Positions 16,780 through 27,339 are shown, counted from the stretch's first letter. The stretch is DNA of 64,000 nt from Candidatus Lustribacter sp. (GCA_965277805.1 OZ255842.1:5152001-5216000), one strand, 5' to 3'. Made by a program: numbers and translations. Notes: generated from the sequence alone by a model not told the origin.

Positions 16780-17909
16780 AGCCTTGCCTCGAGGGCGTTA
16801 CGGTGCTGGAGCTGGGAAGCTCCATCGCCGGGCCGTCCGCAACGCGACATCTCGCCGACCTCGGCGCAACGGTCTGGAAAGTGGAACCGCCCGGCGGCGA
16901 TCAGTTGCGAACGTGGGGCACGCGCGCGCCGGACGGATCGTCGTATTGGTTCAAGGGCCACAACCGCGGTAAGCGGCTAGTAGCCTTCGACGTGCGGCGC
17001 GCGGAAGACGCCGCGGCCGTACGCAAACTCGCGCTCGGCGTCGACATCGTCATCGAGAACTTCCGGCCCGGCTGGCTCGCGCAATACGGGCTCGATGCGC
17101 AGTCGCTGCGCGCCGAGAAACCGTCGCTGATCTATCTCTCGATCAGCGGCTACGGCCAAGACGGACCGATGGCCGGGCAGCCCGGCTACGGCGCGATCGC
17201 CGAATCGATGGGCGGGTTCCGGCACGTTACCGGCGAGCCCGACGGTCCGCCGATGCGCATGGGTATCAGCATCGCCGACGAGCTGGCCGGACTGAATGCC
17301 AGCATTGCCGTGCTCGCGGCCCTGCACGCGCGCGATCGCGACGGCGTGGGCGAGACGATCGACATCTCGCTCGTCGAGAGCGTGTTCAGCATCATGGAAA
17401 GCGTGCTGCCCGAGTACGTGCATGCCGGCAAAGTGACGAAGCGCGTCGGCAACCAGCTCACGACCGCCGCGCCGAGCAACGTCTATCCGACGCGCGACGA
17501 GCAATGGATCGCGATCGCCGGCAACGGCGAGGGGATTTTCCGCCGCCTGGCCGAGACGATGGGGCGGCCGGAACTCGCGGCCGACCCGCGCTACGCCGAC
17601 AACTACGCGCGCGTCGCCAATATGGCCGCGCTCGACGCGGAGATCGTCGCCTGGACGAAGACGTTGACGCTGGCCGAAATCGAGGCTGCGCTAGCGAAAG
17701 CGGGCGTTCCGGCCGGACCGATCCTCGCGATCGATGCGATCGTCGCCCACCCGCAAATTCAGGCCCGCGCAGCCGTTCGCACGCTGCGCGACGAAGCCGG
17801 CATCGACGTCGCGACGTACGGCCCCGTGCCGCACCTCACCGAACGTCCGATCGAACTTGCGTCTGCGGCCGGTGCCGTCGGCCGCGATCAAGCCCTGCTG
17901 CCATCATAA
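16764..17909 (+). CDS. CoA-transferase family III (CaiB/BaiF)
   Basis: LEGVTVLELG..IAGP, NRGKR, ENFRPG, SISGYGQDGP; start uncertain. Confidence 0.92.
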   Translation: MAAEIKPCLEGVTVLELGSSIAGPSATRHLADLGATVWKVEPPGGDQLRTWGTRAPDGSSYWFKGHNRGKRLVAFDVRRAEDAAAVRKLALGVDIVIENFRPGWLAQYGLDAQSLRAEKPSLIYLSISGYGQDGPMAGQPGYGAIAESMGGFRHVTGEPDGPPMRMGISIADELAGLNASIAVLAALHARDRDGVGETIDISLVESVFSIMESVLPEYVHAGKVTKRVGNQLTTAAPSNVYPTRDEQWIAIAGNGEGIFRRLAETMGRPELAADPRYADNYARVANMAALDAEIVAWTKTLTLAEIEAALAKAGVPAGPILAIDAIVAHPQIQARAAVRTLRDEAGIDVATYGPVPHLTERPIELASAAGAVGRDQALLPS

Positions 17910-17925
17910 CGGAGTGAACAATCGC

Positions 17926-18495
17926 GTGTCTGCACCCCTGCATATCCTCGCCATCTGCGGCAGCCTGCGCAAGGCTTCGTACAACCGCTCCGCCCTGCTC
18001 GCGCTCGCCGAGCTCGGCTCACCCGATTACGATGTCGAGGTGCGCTTGCTGCACGACATCCCGATGTACGATCACGATTACGTCGACGAACACGGCAATC
18101 CCGAAGCCGTCGAACGGTTCCGCGCGGAGATCACCGCCGCCGACGGCATCGTCATCTGCACGCCGGAGTACAGTCACTCGATCAGCGGCGTCTTGAAGAA
18201 CGCGCTCGACTGGCTGCACGGAAAGCCGGCGTTGCTGGGCGCAAAACCCGTCGCGGTCATGAGCGTCTCCTCGAGCGCGCTCGGCGGTTCGCGCGCACAG
18301 TACGATTTGCGAAAAATCTTACAGCCGATGGAAGCCTACGTGCTCGGTATGCCGGAGATGATGATCGGCGGCGCCCGCCGCAAGTTCGACGAACAAGGCA
18401 AACTCACCGACGAACCGGCGCGCGCGGAACTCGCCGCGTTTCTGGCGGCGTTCGGCGATTGGATTCGCCTCGTGCGCCAGCCCGCGGCCGTCTAG
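17926..18495 (+). CDS. NAD(P)H-dependent FMN reductase (ChrR/SsuE-like)
   Basis: GSLRKASYN, TPEYSHSISGVLKNALDW, GGSRAQYDLR. Confidence 0.9.
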   Translation: MSAPLHILAICGSLRKASYNRSALLALAELGSPDYDVEVRLLHDIPMYDHDYVDEHGNPEAVERFRAEITAADGIVICTPEYSHSISGVLKNALDWLHGKPALLGAKPVAVMSVSSSALGGSRAQYDLRKILQPMEAYVLGMPEMMIGGARRKFDEQGKLTDEPARAELAAFLAAFGDWIRLVRQPAAV

Positions 18496-20300
18496 CGGCA
18501 GAACGTTCCGAAGGCGACGACACCGGGGCTGGGCGCGCCGAAGTTCGTTCCCGGGATCACTCCGGCGAGCGTCGCGCTGCCGGGTGCGTAGATATTGATC
18601 GAGCCGTCGTCCTGCAACGCGTACACGTAGTTCTGGCTGTCGAACGCGAGGCTTTCGCCGGGAATCGTGTACATAACGGCACCGGCGAGACCGCCGGGCG
18701 CGTACACGTCGAACGAATTACCGGAGCCGGCTAACGTGCGCCGTCGAGCGGTCGTGGCGCCGCGCCCCGGATTGCGCAAGCGCGCTCCCGGCAGCGTCGT
18801 GAATTTGCTCGTGAAGACGCGTCCGGCGGAATCGACGAAAAGTCCGGTGTCGTTGCTATCGGTCGAAATGTACGTCGGCGACGTCGCGAAGTTATCGTAT
18901 TCGTCGATCTCGGGCGCATACGTCGTTGCATTGAAGCCTTCGACGTAAATCCGCATGGTCGGTCCGCTCGTATCGAGCGCGATGATGTCGTCGTAGGCCC
19001 CGTTGGTGTTGAAGCCGCCGTTGATGCCGGCCAGTGCGGGAGAAAGCACTTCCCAGCCGCCGTTCCCCTCGTAGGTCGCGCCGCCGCGCGATGCAAAGAC
19101 ATTTCCCGTGGCACCGACGGTAATCGCTCCGACGCTGTCCGACGGCCCCCCGCTCTGCGCGGCCGCATCGGGCGGGAGCGGAAACGGCTGCCCCGCGGTG
19201 CTGCCCTTGAAGCCGATGACGGCATCCGCGCCGTTACTGTTCGCAACGTACATCTGAGCATAGGTACTCGGTCCGATCCCGCCGTTGGCGGCAACCCAGT
19301 TCGGTCCCGAGATCGTGCTGGTGTAGGTCACCGGCGATGTTGCCGTTGGGGCTAACCCGTACACGGTGCCTTCGCCGTCGTCTTCGTCGTTGATATAAAG
19401 GTTCGATCCGTCGCACGTAATGTCGGAGACGTCCTGCAGCGTGATCGGGACCGTGCGTGCCGCCGTTGTCGAGCCCGGCGCAAAACCGACGATCGTGTTG
19501 GCGGATGTGAAGGTGTAGAACGTGCGGCCGACTTCGAAGGGGACTTGCCCAGACGGCGCCGTCTCGGTGGTCGATGTTTGGCTTACCGTTAGGTGATTCT
19601 CCACGTACTGCGTGGCCGCGGAGAACGTGTACGCGATCGTTCCGGTTGACGTGCTGCTCGCGATCGTTGCCGCCGGGACCGTGACCGTTCCGGTCGTATC
19701 TCCGCTCACCGAAACGGTCAGCGGTGCGAAATAGGTGCCGGTGATGGGCTCGTTGTCGACGTCGAATGCAGTGGCGGTCACCGTTGCCGAACCGCTTTGA
19801 TACGAGACCAGACCGGGCGACGAAAGCGCCAGCGAGGCATGGTCGACGACGCCTTCGAGCGTGACGTTCAGGACGTTCGTTCCATTGGCGGCAATCTGTT
19901 CGGTGAACGACGAAGCGGACACGGCGCGCGACTGCGAATCCAGTGCCTTAAAGAGGAAGCCCACCGTGCCGCCGGCGGGCGCCGAGAACGTTCCGCTGCA
20001 CGCCGTTGCCACGCACGGGAACGTTTGCGGCGTCGTCCCGTTCACCGCAACGGAGATCGTCGTCGTCGAGGCCGGCACGAACAACGGCTTGCGCACGTTC
20101 GATGCGGTACCGCTCGGCGTGAGGCTGATCGTGAAACTCACCGGCGTGAAGCCTTGCGGACCAGCCGTCGGCTTCGTTACGGGCGTGCCGGTCGCTCCCC
20201 CCGTCTGAGGTGCGACCGAGCCGCCGCCGCCAGCACCACATGCGCTTACGAGAAAGAGGCAACCGGCCACAACGGCCAGCCGATACGCAAGTGAGAGCAC
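18492..20300 (-). CDS. Large secreted lipoprotein with Ig-like N-terminal region and beta-propeller-like repeats
   Basis: Lipobox LVSAC, Thr/Ser/Gly-rich beta strands, repeated I.V(Y/F)APG and AFDSQNYVY segments. Confidence 0.75.
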   Translation of the reverse strand: MLSLAYRLAVVAGCLFLVSACGAGGGGSVAPQTGGATGTPVTKPTAGPQGFTPVSFTISLTPSGTASNVRKPLFVPASTTTISVAVNGTTPQTFPCVATACSGTFSAPAGGTVGFLFKALDSQSRAVSASSFTEQIAANGTNVLNVTLEGVVDHASLALSSPGLVSYQSGSATVTATAFDVDNEPITGTYFAPLTVSVSGDTTGTVTVPAATIASSTSTGTIAYTFSAATQYVENHLTVSQTSTTETAPSGQVPFEVGRTFYTFTSANTIVGFAPGSTTAARTVPITLQDVSDITCDGSNLYINDEDDGEGTVYGLAPTATSPVTYTSTISGPNWVAANGGIGPSTYAQMYVANSNGADAVIGFKGSTAGQPFPLPPDAAAQSGGPSDSVGAITVGATGNVFASRGGATYEGNGGWEVLSPALAGINGGFNTNGAYDDIIALDTSGPTMRIYVEGFNATTYAPEIDEYDNFATSPTYISTDSNDTGLFVDSAGRVFTSKFTTLPGARLRNPGRGATTARRRTLAGSGNSFDVYAPGGLAGAVMYTIPGESLAFDSQNYVYALQDDGSINIYAPGSATLAGVIPGTNFGAPSPGVVAFGTFCR

Positions 20301-20430
20301 TCGTCGCGGTTCGTCTCATTTCGCAGGCACCCATGCCGGCCACGTGTCACAAATTGGTTCAGGCAACCGACAGCCTTGCTCGAGAGGCGTCTTCGCAGGC
20401 GCCGATTATGCGGCGCAGAACCCCGACGCG

Positions 20431-21594
20431 GTGATTCGCGACTTCTACTGGTTTTTACCGACCGGTGGCGACGGGGCTTACTTGGGCTCCGGCGATGGTC
20501 AGCGCCCTGCGACGAATCGCTATTTGCGGGAAATTGCCGAAGCCGTCGACAGGCTCGGCTACGACGGCGTGTTGTTGCCGACCGGGCGCGGCTGCGAAGA
20601 TGCGTGGACGATTGCATCGTCGATCGTCACGCACACCGAGCGGCTGCGCTTTCTCGTCGCGGTGCGGCCCGGTACGGTATTACCGTCGGAGGCCGCGCGG
20701 CAAGCGTCCGCGTTCGACCGGCTCAGCGAAGGGCGCCTGGCAGTGAACGTCGTCGTCGGCGGACGGCCGTCGGAACTCGCGGGCGACGGCATCTTCCTCA
20801 ATCACGACGAGCGCTACGCGCAGGCGCAAGAATTCTTGCACGTCTGGCGCGCGCTGCTCTCCGGCGAACGCGTCGACTTCAACGGCAGCCATTTCGATCT
20901 CAAGGCCGGCCACGTGCCGTTCCCGCCGGTTCAGCAGCCACATCCGCCGTTGTTTCTGGGTGGCTCGTCGCCTGCGGCGCAGGTGCTCGCGGGCGAACAC
21001 GTCGACGTGTACCTCAGCTGGGGCGAACCGCCGGCATTCGTTGCCGAAAAAATAGCCGGCGTGCGCGCGGAGGCGGCGAAGCACGGGCGAACGGTGCGCT
21101 TCGGTATTCGTTTGCATCTGATCGTTCGCGACACCGAAGCGGAAGCGTGGGCGGCGGCGGAACGGTTGATCAGCCGCCTTCCCGATGACGTCATCGAACA
21201 AGCGCAGCGCGCGCAGACGCTCGAGTCGGATTCGATCGGACAGCAGCGGATGACGGCGCTGCACAACGGCGATCGTGGCAAACTCGAAGTGGCTCCGAAC
21301 CTTTGGGCCGGTGTCGGATTGGTACGCGGCGGAGCCGGTACGGCGCTCGTCGGCGACCCGCAAACCGTCGCCGAACGATTGCGAGAATATGCAACGCTCG
21401 GCATCGACACCGTGATCGCCTCGGGCTTTCCGCATCTCGAGGAAGCGTATCGCGTCGCCGAACTGTTGTTTCCCGTACTCGAGCGCGGCGGCGTCGCAAC
21501 GAACGTCGTTCCACCGGCCACGCCGTTTGCCGGCGGCGGCTCGCTCTCGGGACTTCTCGGCAGCGGGGGTTTGACGGTGCCGCGACGGAACTGA
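20431..21594 (+). CDS. ssuD: FMNH2-dependent alkanesulfonate monooxygenase-like (LLM family)
   Basis: [69 protein letters not shown]. Confidence 0.85.
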   Translation: MIRDFYWFLPTGGDGAYLGSGDGQRPATNRYLREIAEAVDRLGYDGVLLPTGRGCEDAWTIASSIVTHTERLRFLVAVRPGTVLPSEAARQASAFDRLSEGRLAVNVVVGGRPSELAGDGIFLNHDERYAQAQEFLHVWRALLSGERVDFNGSHFDLKAGHVPFPPVQQPHPPLFLGGSSPAAQVLAGEHVDVYLSWGEPPAFVAEKIAGVRAEAAKHGRTVRFGIRLHLIVRDTEAEAWAAAERLISRLPDDVIEQAQRAQTLESDSIGQQRMTALHNGDRGKLEVAPNLWAGVGLVRGGAGTALVGDPQTVAERLREYATLGIDTVIASGFPHLEEAYRVAELLFPVLERGGVATNVVPPATPFAGGGSLSGLLGSGGLTVPRRN

Positions 21595-22511
21595 GCACGC
21601 TTCCCTCGATCGACCTCGGCGCGCTAGAGCACGGGTCGCCCGGCGAGCGCGAACGGTTGCGCTCGGCAGCTAGCGGGATCGGCGCGTTTGTTCTCTGCGG
21701 ACACGGCGTCGATGCAGGGCGCACCGGAGAACTGCTCGCCCTCAGCGGCCGTCTCTTCAGCCTGCCGCAAGCCGAGCGCGACGCAATCGACATGATTCAT
21801 TCGCCGTATTTCCGCGGCTACTCGGCGCTTGGAACCGAACGCACGCAGGGCGAGCCGGATCTGCGCGAACAGTTCGATGTCGGACCGGAGGAAGAACCCT
21901 GCACGCTTGCCGCCGATGATCCGGCGTATTTGCGCCTGCACGGACCGAATCTCTGGCCTGCGTCGCTACCTTCGCTGCGTCCGTCGGTCCTCGGATGGAT
22001 GGAATCCTTGCGCAGTGTCTCGATGCGCGTGGTCGCGGCGATTGCTGAGTCCGCCGGTTTACGAGCGGAGACGTTCGCCGCGGGTTATTCGGGACAACCG
22101 CACGAGCGACTGAAGATTATCAAGTATCCGCCGGCCGGACCCGCAACCACGCAGCAAGGCGTCGGCGAGCACACGGATTCGGGCTTTCTCGCGTTGATCG
22201 CGCACGATGGAACGCGCGGTCTCCAAGCCTACGACGGCCGCGAGTTCGTCGACATCGCTGCTCCGAGCGGCGCGTTCATCGCGGTCTTAGGGCGCGCGTT
22301 CGCCGGCGCAACGGGCGGCGCGACGATTGCGGCACGGCACCGCGTGGTGAGTCCGCCGGCCGGCTCCGAACGCGTGAGCGTCGCGTACTTCCTCAACCCG
22401 CGACTCGATCACGCGGGCTACGGGCACGAGGCACTCAAGGTGGTCATCCGGTCGCACCCGCACGTCGCCCGCCGCTTCTTTGCCGACCAGTTGGCGCCGT
22501 CAGCGCCCTGA
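21591..22511 (+). CDS. 2OG-Fe(II) oxygenase, isopenicillin N synthase family (probable CTG start)
   Basis: LPSIDL, FRGY, GPNLWP, HTD...H...RVS facial triad and RxS motif. Confidence 0.85.
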   Translation: MSTLPSIDLGALEHGSPGERERLRSAASGIGAFVLCGHGVDAGRTGELLALSGRLFSLPQAERDAIDMIHSPYFRGYSALGTERTQGEPDLREQFDVGPEEEPCTLAADDPAYLRLHGPNLWPASLPSLRPSVLGWMESLRSVSMRVVAAIAESAGLRAETFAAGYSGQPHERLKIIKYPPAGPATTQQGVGEHTDSGFLALIAHDGTRGLQAYDGREFVDIAAPSGAFIAVLGRAFAGATGGATIAARHRVVSPPAGSERVSVAYFLNPRLDHAGYGHEALKVVIRSHPHVARRFFADQLAPSAP

Positions 22512-23498
22512 GGGCGAGTAGGCCTCCCGCAGCAGCGACAGGTCGACGAGACGGTCGACCGCAGGTAAGTTTTTGCGGCCGGCTGCCCGCAACGCGCGAT
22601 ACACGCCGTGTTCGATCTGTTCGGTCGAGATCCACAGCGGGCCGTGTTCGCGCGTGAAGTTGCTGATGGTCAGCGGGATCTGTGCCCGGTTCTGCGCGAT
22701 CTCTTCGTTGAGATTTAGCTCCAGCGTCGCGCCGTACGTCTTCACCGCGAGCGTTGCGCCGAGGACGGGATCGCGTGCGTTTTCCGCCCAACCGCGTGCC
22801 GTTGCCCGGAGATAGCGGACCAGCGCGTCGCGATTGTGCTGCACCGACGCGCGTGTCGCATAGAGACAGCCGGCATACACGGGGAAGCCCAAATCATCCA
22901 GTGAGGCGACGACGTACGGAATGTGCCGCGCGGCGAGGATCACGGGCTGATTGGTGAGATAGCAGAGATAGGCATCGCACGCGCCTTCGATCAGAGGTTC
23001 GGGTCCGAATCCGACGGGCACCCCGGTATAGCGAAGCGGCAAGTGGTTGACGTTGAGGATCCCGTCGATATAGTCGCGCGCCCCCGCCGGCAAGCCGATC
23101 CGCTTCCCGACGAGATCGCGCGCGGTGCGCACCGGCGCGCGCGGGAGAGAAAGAATGCCGCCGACGCCGTGTTGGTAGACGGCGCCGAGAATGACGAAAT
23201 CGGCGCCTTGCGCCATGGCATCGGTGATCTTTTCGATGTCGTTGAAGCCGACGTCGGCGCGGCCGGCGGCAACGACGGCCTCAACGCTCGGCAGGTTCGG
23301 TCCGCCGGCGTAAAACGTCGCATCGATACCATTCTCGCGATAGTAGCCCTTCGCGTCGGCAATGTAGAAACCGGCGTATTCGCTGTTCTTGATCCAGAGA
23401 AACTGCGTGCTGACCGCAGCCGGCGCAGGCGCGGCTGCAGCGGCGCAAGGGGCGAGTCCGGCTGCAGCGGTAGCGGCGAACAATTGGCGGCGGTTCAT
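22500..23498 (-). CDS. ABC substrate-binding protein (NMT1/THI5-like), Tat-exported
   Basis: MNRRQLF twin-arginine signal; WIKNSEYAGFYIADAKGYY, GGPN. Confidence 0.85.
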   Translation of the reverse strand: MNRRQLFAATAAAGLAPCAAAAAPAPAAVSTQFLWIKNSEYAGFYIADAKGYYRENGIDATFYAGGPNLPSVEAVVAAGRADVGFNDIEKITDAMAQGADFVILGAVYQHGVGGILSLPRAPVRTARDLVGKRIGLPAGARDYIDGILNVNHLPLRYTGVPVGFGPEPLIEGACDAYLCYLTNQPVILAARHIPYVVASLDDLGFPVYAGCLYATRASVQHNRDALVRYLRATARGWAENARDPVLGATLAVKTYGATLELNLNEEIAQNRAQIPLTISNFTREHGPLWISTEQIEHGVYRALRAAGRKNLPAVDRLVDLSLLREAYSPSGR

Positions 23499-23504
23499 GC
23501 CATG

Positions 23505-23513
23505 ATGATACCA
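23505..23513 (-). promoter_or_regulatory. Extended -10 promoter, leaderless configuration
   Basis: TGGTATCAT followed by 6 nt and then ATG 23498 on the minus strand. Confidence 0.55.
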
Positions 23514-23536
23514 GAGATGCGCGAACACAGAGGATC

Positions 23537-24772
23537 ATGTCCGAGCCCTCGCACGACGCACTCCGTCCCGAGACCGATGTTCTCACCCGCGGCTTCGATC
23601 CGAAGCTGTCGGTCGGCTCTGCCCGGCCGGCGGTGTTCCGCAGTTCCACCTATGTCTTTTCCAGTCCCGAAGATGCGGAAAAGGCGTTCGACGTTCTCGG
23701 TGGGCGCCGAACGCTCGCGCCGGGTGAAAACGTCGACCTGGTCTACTCGCGCTTCAATCATCCCAACGCCGAGATTCTCGAAGCGCAGATTCTGCCGCTC
23801 GAACCAGGTGCGCTGGCCGCAGCGGTCTTCAACTCCGGCATGGCGGCGATCACCACCGTCCTATTGACGATCGTGCGCCCGGGCGATGCCGTGCTCTTCA
23901 CCGTGCCGATCTACGGCGCGACGCAAACGTTCATTCTCGACTTTCTCGCGTCATTCGGCGTGAGCGGCTTCGCGGTGCCCGCCGGTGACGGCGAGGCGAT
24001 CGATCGCGCGATCCGCGAAACCCCGAACCTGCGCGCCGTGCTGCTCGAGACCCCCGCCAACCCGACGACGATCATGACCGATATCGCGCGCGTCGCGAAG
24101 ACGTCGGCGACGCTCGAACGTCCGCCGCTGGTGCTGGTCGACAACACCTTTCTCGGCCCGGCGTTTCAGCATCCGCTCGCGTTCGGCGCGGACATCACGT
24201 TGTATTCGGCCACCAAGTACCTCGGCGGCTACAGCGACATCATCGGCGGCGTGGCGTTGGGTTGCGATCCGGTACTGATGACGAAGATCAAGAGCAAGCG
24301 CAGCCTCCTCGGCAACATCTTGCAACCCGACGAGGCCTGGATTCTCAACACGCGCCTCGCCACGGTGTATCTGCGCATGTCCAAACAGAGCGAGAACGCG
24401 CAGCGGATCGCCGAGCACCTCGTTAAGCATCCGAAGATCTCGAAGGTCTACTACCCGACCCTCTTCGACGATCCGGAACAGCGCCGCATCTATGAGACGC
24501 AGTGTGAAGAGCCGGGCGGGCTCATCTCGATCGACCTGGCCGGCGGCAAGCCCGCAGCCTTCGACTTTCTGCGCAAACTGCAGATCGCGCGCAACGCCGT
24601 TTCGCTCGGCGGCGTCGAAACGCTCGTCTGCCATCCGCGCACGACCACGCATTCCAGTTGGTCCGCAGCCGACCTGGATGCATCCGGAGTCACCCCGGGT
24701 CTCGTCCGGATCTCGGTCGGAATCGAAAACTGGCATGACCTGTTAGCGGATTTCGAGCGCGCGCTCGGGTAA
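23537..24772 (+). CDS. Cys/Met metabolism PLP enzyme (cystathionine gamma-synthase / methionine gamma-lyase family)
   Basis: YSRFNHP, FNSGMAAI, ETPANPT, VDNTF, YSATKYLGG, AVSLGGVETL, LVRISVGIE. Confidence 0.92.
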   Translation: MSEPSHDALRPETDVLTRGFDPKLSVGSARPAVFRSSTYVFSSPEDAEKAFDVLGGRRTLAPGENVDLVYSRFNHPNAEILEAQILPLEPGALAAAVFNSGMAAITTVLLTIVRPGDAVLFTVPIYGATQTFILDFLASFGVSGFAVPAGDGEAIDRAIRETPNLRAVLLETPANPTTIMTDIARVAKTSATLERPPLVLVDNTFLGPAFQHPLAFGADITLYSATKYLGGYSDIIGGVALGCDPVLMTKIKSKRSLLGNILQPDEAWILNTRLATVYLRMSKQSENAQRIAEHLVKHPKISKVYYPTLFDDPEQRRIYETQCEEPGGLISIDLAGGKPAAFDFLRKLQIARNAVSLGGVETLVCHPRTTTHSSWSAADLDASGVTPGLVRISVGIENWHDLLADFERALG

Positions 24773-24780
24773 GGGTCGGC

Positions 24781-25902
24781 ATGGGCCGGCATTATGCGGC
24801 GATGGCGTTCCGGTGCGCCTTCGTCTGCTGCTTGCTGCTGATGCGGGGTCATGCGGCGGCCGCTGCGAGCGAGAACGCAAGCTCGCTGACCGTCGGCGTC
24901 CAACTCGAGCCGCCCGTCCTCGATCCAACCGTCAACGCGTCGGCCTCGATCGGCGCGGTGGTGTTTCCGAGCATTTTCGAAGGCCTCGTTCGCATCGGTC
25001 CCGGCTGGCGCATCGAGCCCGCGCTCGCCACCGCGTGGACGATTTCGGCCGACGGGAGAACCTATGTCTTCCGCCTGCGCCCGCACGTTCGTTTCAGCGA
25101 TGGCTCACCGCTGGACGCGGCTGCGGTTCGCTTCTCACTGCTCCGCGCCGTCGCGTCCGGTTCGCTCAATCCGCAGCGCACGCTGCTCGATGCGATCGAC
25201 GCGGTGACGGTGCGCGATCCGCTGACGGTCGCCGTGCAATTACGGCGACCCGATTTCACGCTGTTGCAAGTCCTCGGGCTGAGCGCGGCGGTCATCGTGT
25301 CGCCGCGCTCGGCGGGCAACGATGCGGTCCGTCCGATCGGTACGGGTCCGTTCCGGTTCGCGGAGTGGCGGCGTGGCGATGCGATCGTGCTTGCACGCAA
25401 TCCGCACTATTGGGGCCCGGAACCGCTGCTCGCGCGCGTGACGTTCAAGGTCATCGCCGATCCGAACGCCGCGATCGATGCGGTGCTGACGGGCGATGTC
25501 GACGTGTATCCGGCGTTTCCGGCGCCCGAAGCGGTCGCACGGTTCGCGCGCGACCCGCGCTTCACCGTGCAGACCGTTTTGAGCGAAGCGAAGACGATCG
25601 TCGCGATCAACAACCGCCGCCAACCCTTTCGCGATCGTCGCGTCCGGCGGGCGCTCGCCTATGCGATCGACCGCAATGCGATCATCGATGCGGCGATGTT
25701 CGGGTTCGGCGCACCGATCGGCAGCCATTACACCCGCGCGGATCCCGGTTACGTCGATCTCACCGGCGAATATCCGTACGACCCGGCGCGGGCCCGAAGC
25801 CTGCTCGCGCAGGCCGGTTATCCGCGCGGCTTTTCCGCGAGCCTCGCGGTTCCACCGTTGAGCTACGCCGAACGCACGGCGGAAATCGTCGCCGCAGAGT
25901 AG
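24781..25902 (+). CDS. Peptide ABC substrate-binding protein (family 5), truncated by an in-frame TAG
   Basis: FEGLV, PALATAW.ISADGRTYVFRLR..VRFSDG, PIGTGPFRF; the SBP C-terminus continues in frame after the stop; start may be 24802. Confidence 0.8.
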   Translation: MGRHYAAMAFRCAFVCCLLLMRGHAAAAASENASSLTVGVQLEPPVLDPTVNASASIGAVVFPSIFEGLVRIGPGWRIEPALATAWTISADGRTYVFRLRPHVRFSDGSPLDAAAVRFSLLRAVASGSLNPQRTLLDAIDAVTVRDPLTVAVQLRRPDFTLLQVLGLSAAVIVSPRSAGNDAVRPIGTGPFRFAEWRRGDAIVLARNPHYWGPEPLLARVTFKVIADPNAAIDAVLTGDVDVYPAFPAPEAVARFARDPRFTVQTVLSEAKTIVAINNRRQPFRDRRVRRALAYAIDRNAIIDAAMFGFGAPIGSHYTRADPGYVDLTGEYPYDPARARSLLAQAGYPRGFSASLAVPPLSYAERTAEIVAAE

Positions 25903-25908
25903 GGTGCG

Positions 25909-27339
25909 GTGGGCGTGCGGGTGAAGATCGTTTCGCTCGACTGGGTGCCGTGGCTCACGCAGGTCTTCGGCGCGCACGATTTCGACCTCACGGTCGTCGC
26001 GCACGCGGAGCCGCTCGATTACGACATCTACGGCCGCGATGACTACTACTTCGGCTATTCCAATCCACGCTATAAAGCATTGCTGGCACGCCTCGAGCGC
26101 ACCGGCGATCCGGTTGCGCGCCGCGCGCTGCTCGGGGATATCCAGCGCACGCTCGCCGATGATGCCGTCAACGTCTTTCTCTTTCAATATCCCGACATCA
26201 CGATCGCGAACGCCTACGCCGGCGGCTTTCACTCATCGAGCCCGCTGAGCGACATCGATCTGTCGACGGCGTACGTGCATGCGGCCGGCGCCGCGCAACA
26301 TGCGCGCGGTTCGCCGGCCGGAGCGGTGCCGTTCGTTGCGATGCTGCTCGCGTTCATCGCGATCGCCGGGCTGATGCTGCGGGCCGGTTTGGCCTACGTC
26401 GCGCGCCGCGCACTTTCGCTTGCGCTCACGCTGGCTGTCGCGTCGTTCGCGATCTTCGCCGTCATGCAGGCGGTGCCGGGCGATCCGGCGCGCGCCGTGC
26501 TCGGAATCGATGCCGGTCCCGCCGCGATCGCCGCGTTGCGCACGCAGATGGGGCTCGATGGCCCCTTCGTGCCGCGCTACCTCATGTGGGTGGGCGGACT
26601 GTTGCACGGTCAGTTCGGCACGAGCTGGACCTATCACGAATCGGTCGCCGTCCTGATCCGCGAGCGCTTCGCGCTTTCGTTTCCGCTCACGCTCTATGCG
26701 CTGCTGCTTTCCACGGCGCTCGGCCTCGCGCTCGGCATCGGCATGGTGCGGTGGCGGCGCTCGCCGGCCGGCGCGGTGTTCGGGGCGTTCAGCCGCGTCG
26801 GCTTAGCGATCCCGAATTTCTGGTTCGGACTGATGCTCGTGATCCCATTCGGTATCGGCTTGCACTGGTTTTCCGCCGGCGGTTTCCCGGGCTGGTCGGC
26901 GGGCTGGCTCGCGGTGATCCGGTCGTTCACGCTGCCTGCCGCCGCGCTCGCCTTACCGCAGGCGGCGGTCTTCGCGCGCGTCTTGCAGTTCGAATTGCTC
27001 GAACTCGACGGCGCGGACTTTCTGCGCACGGCGCGCGCGAAGGGCGTGAGCGAGACGGCGATCCTCCTGCGCCACGCGTTGCCGAATGCGCTGATTCCGC
27101 TGCTGACGATTCTGGGGCTGCAGTTTTCGTTCGTTTTGGCCGGCGGAATTCTGATCGAGAACGTGTTCTTCTTACCGGGTCTCGGACGCTTGGCGTTTCA
27201 GGCGATCGCCAATCGCGACGCACCGGTCGTGCAAAGCGTCGCGATCGTGCTGGTTGCCGAAGTCGTTGCTGTGACGCTGGTGGCCGATCTGCTCGCGGCG
27301 GCCGTCGATCCGCGTCGCCGCAAGGCGGGCGAAACGTGA
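25909..27339 (+). CDS. SBP C-terminus fused to a DppB-like ABC permease (continuation of the upstream frame)
   Basis: The first ~120 aa finish the SBP_bac_5 fold; then PGDPA, PNFW, FLRTARAKG, ILIENVFFLPGLG, RDAPVVQ. Confidence 0.8.
   Translation: MGVRVKIVSLDWVPWLTQVFGAHDFDLTVVAHAEPLDYDIYGRDDYYFGYSNPRYKALLARLERTGDPVARRALLGDIQRTLADDAVNVFLFQYPDITIANAYAGGFHSSSPLSDIDLSTAYVHAAGAAQHARGSPAGAVPFVAMLLAFIAIAGLMLRAGLAYVARRALSLALTLAVASFAIFAVMQAVPGDPARAVLGIDAGPAAIAALRTQMGLDGPFVPRYLMWVGGLLHGQFGTSWTYHESVAVLIRERFALSFPLTLYALLLSTALGLALGIGMVRWRRSPAGAVFGAFSRVGLAIPNFWFGLMLVIPFGIGLHWFSAGGFPGWSAGWLAVIRSFTLPAAALALPQAAVFARVLQFELLELDGADFLRTARAKGVSETAILLRHALPNALIPLLTILGLQFSFVLAGGILIENVFFLPGLGRLAFQAIANRDAPVVQSVAIVLVAEVVAVTLVADLLAAAVDPRRRKAGET

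Noticed and set aside
25900..25902. Pyrrolysine or genome-wide TAG recoding
   Set aside because: TAG ends many clearly complete genes here (rplS, rplU, FKBP, rlmH); no pyl genes are visible; the position corresponds to a Leu.
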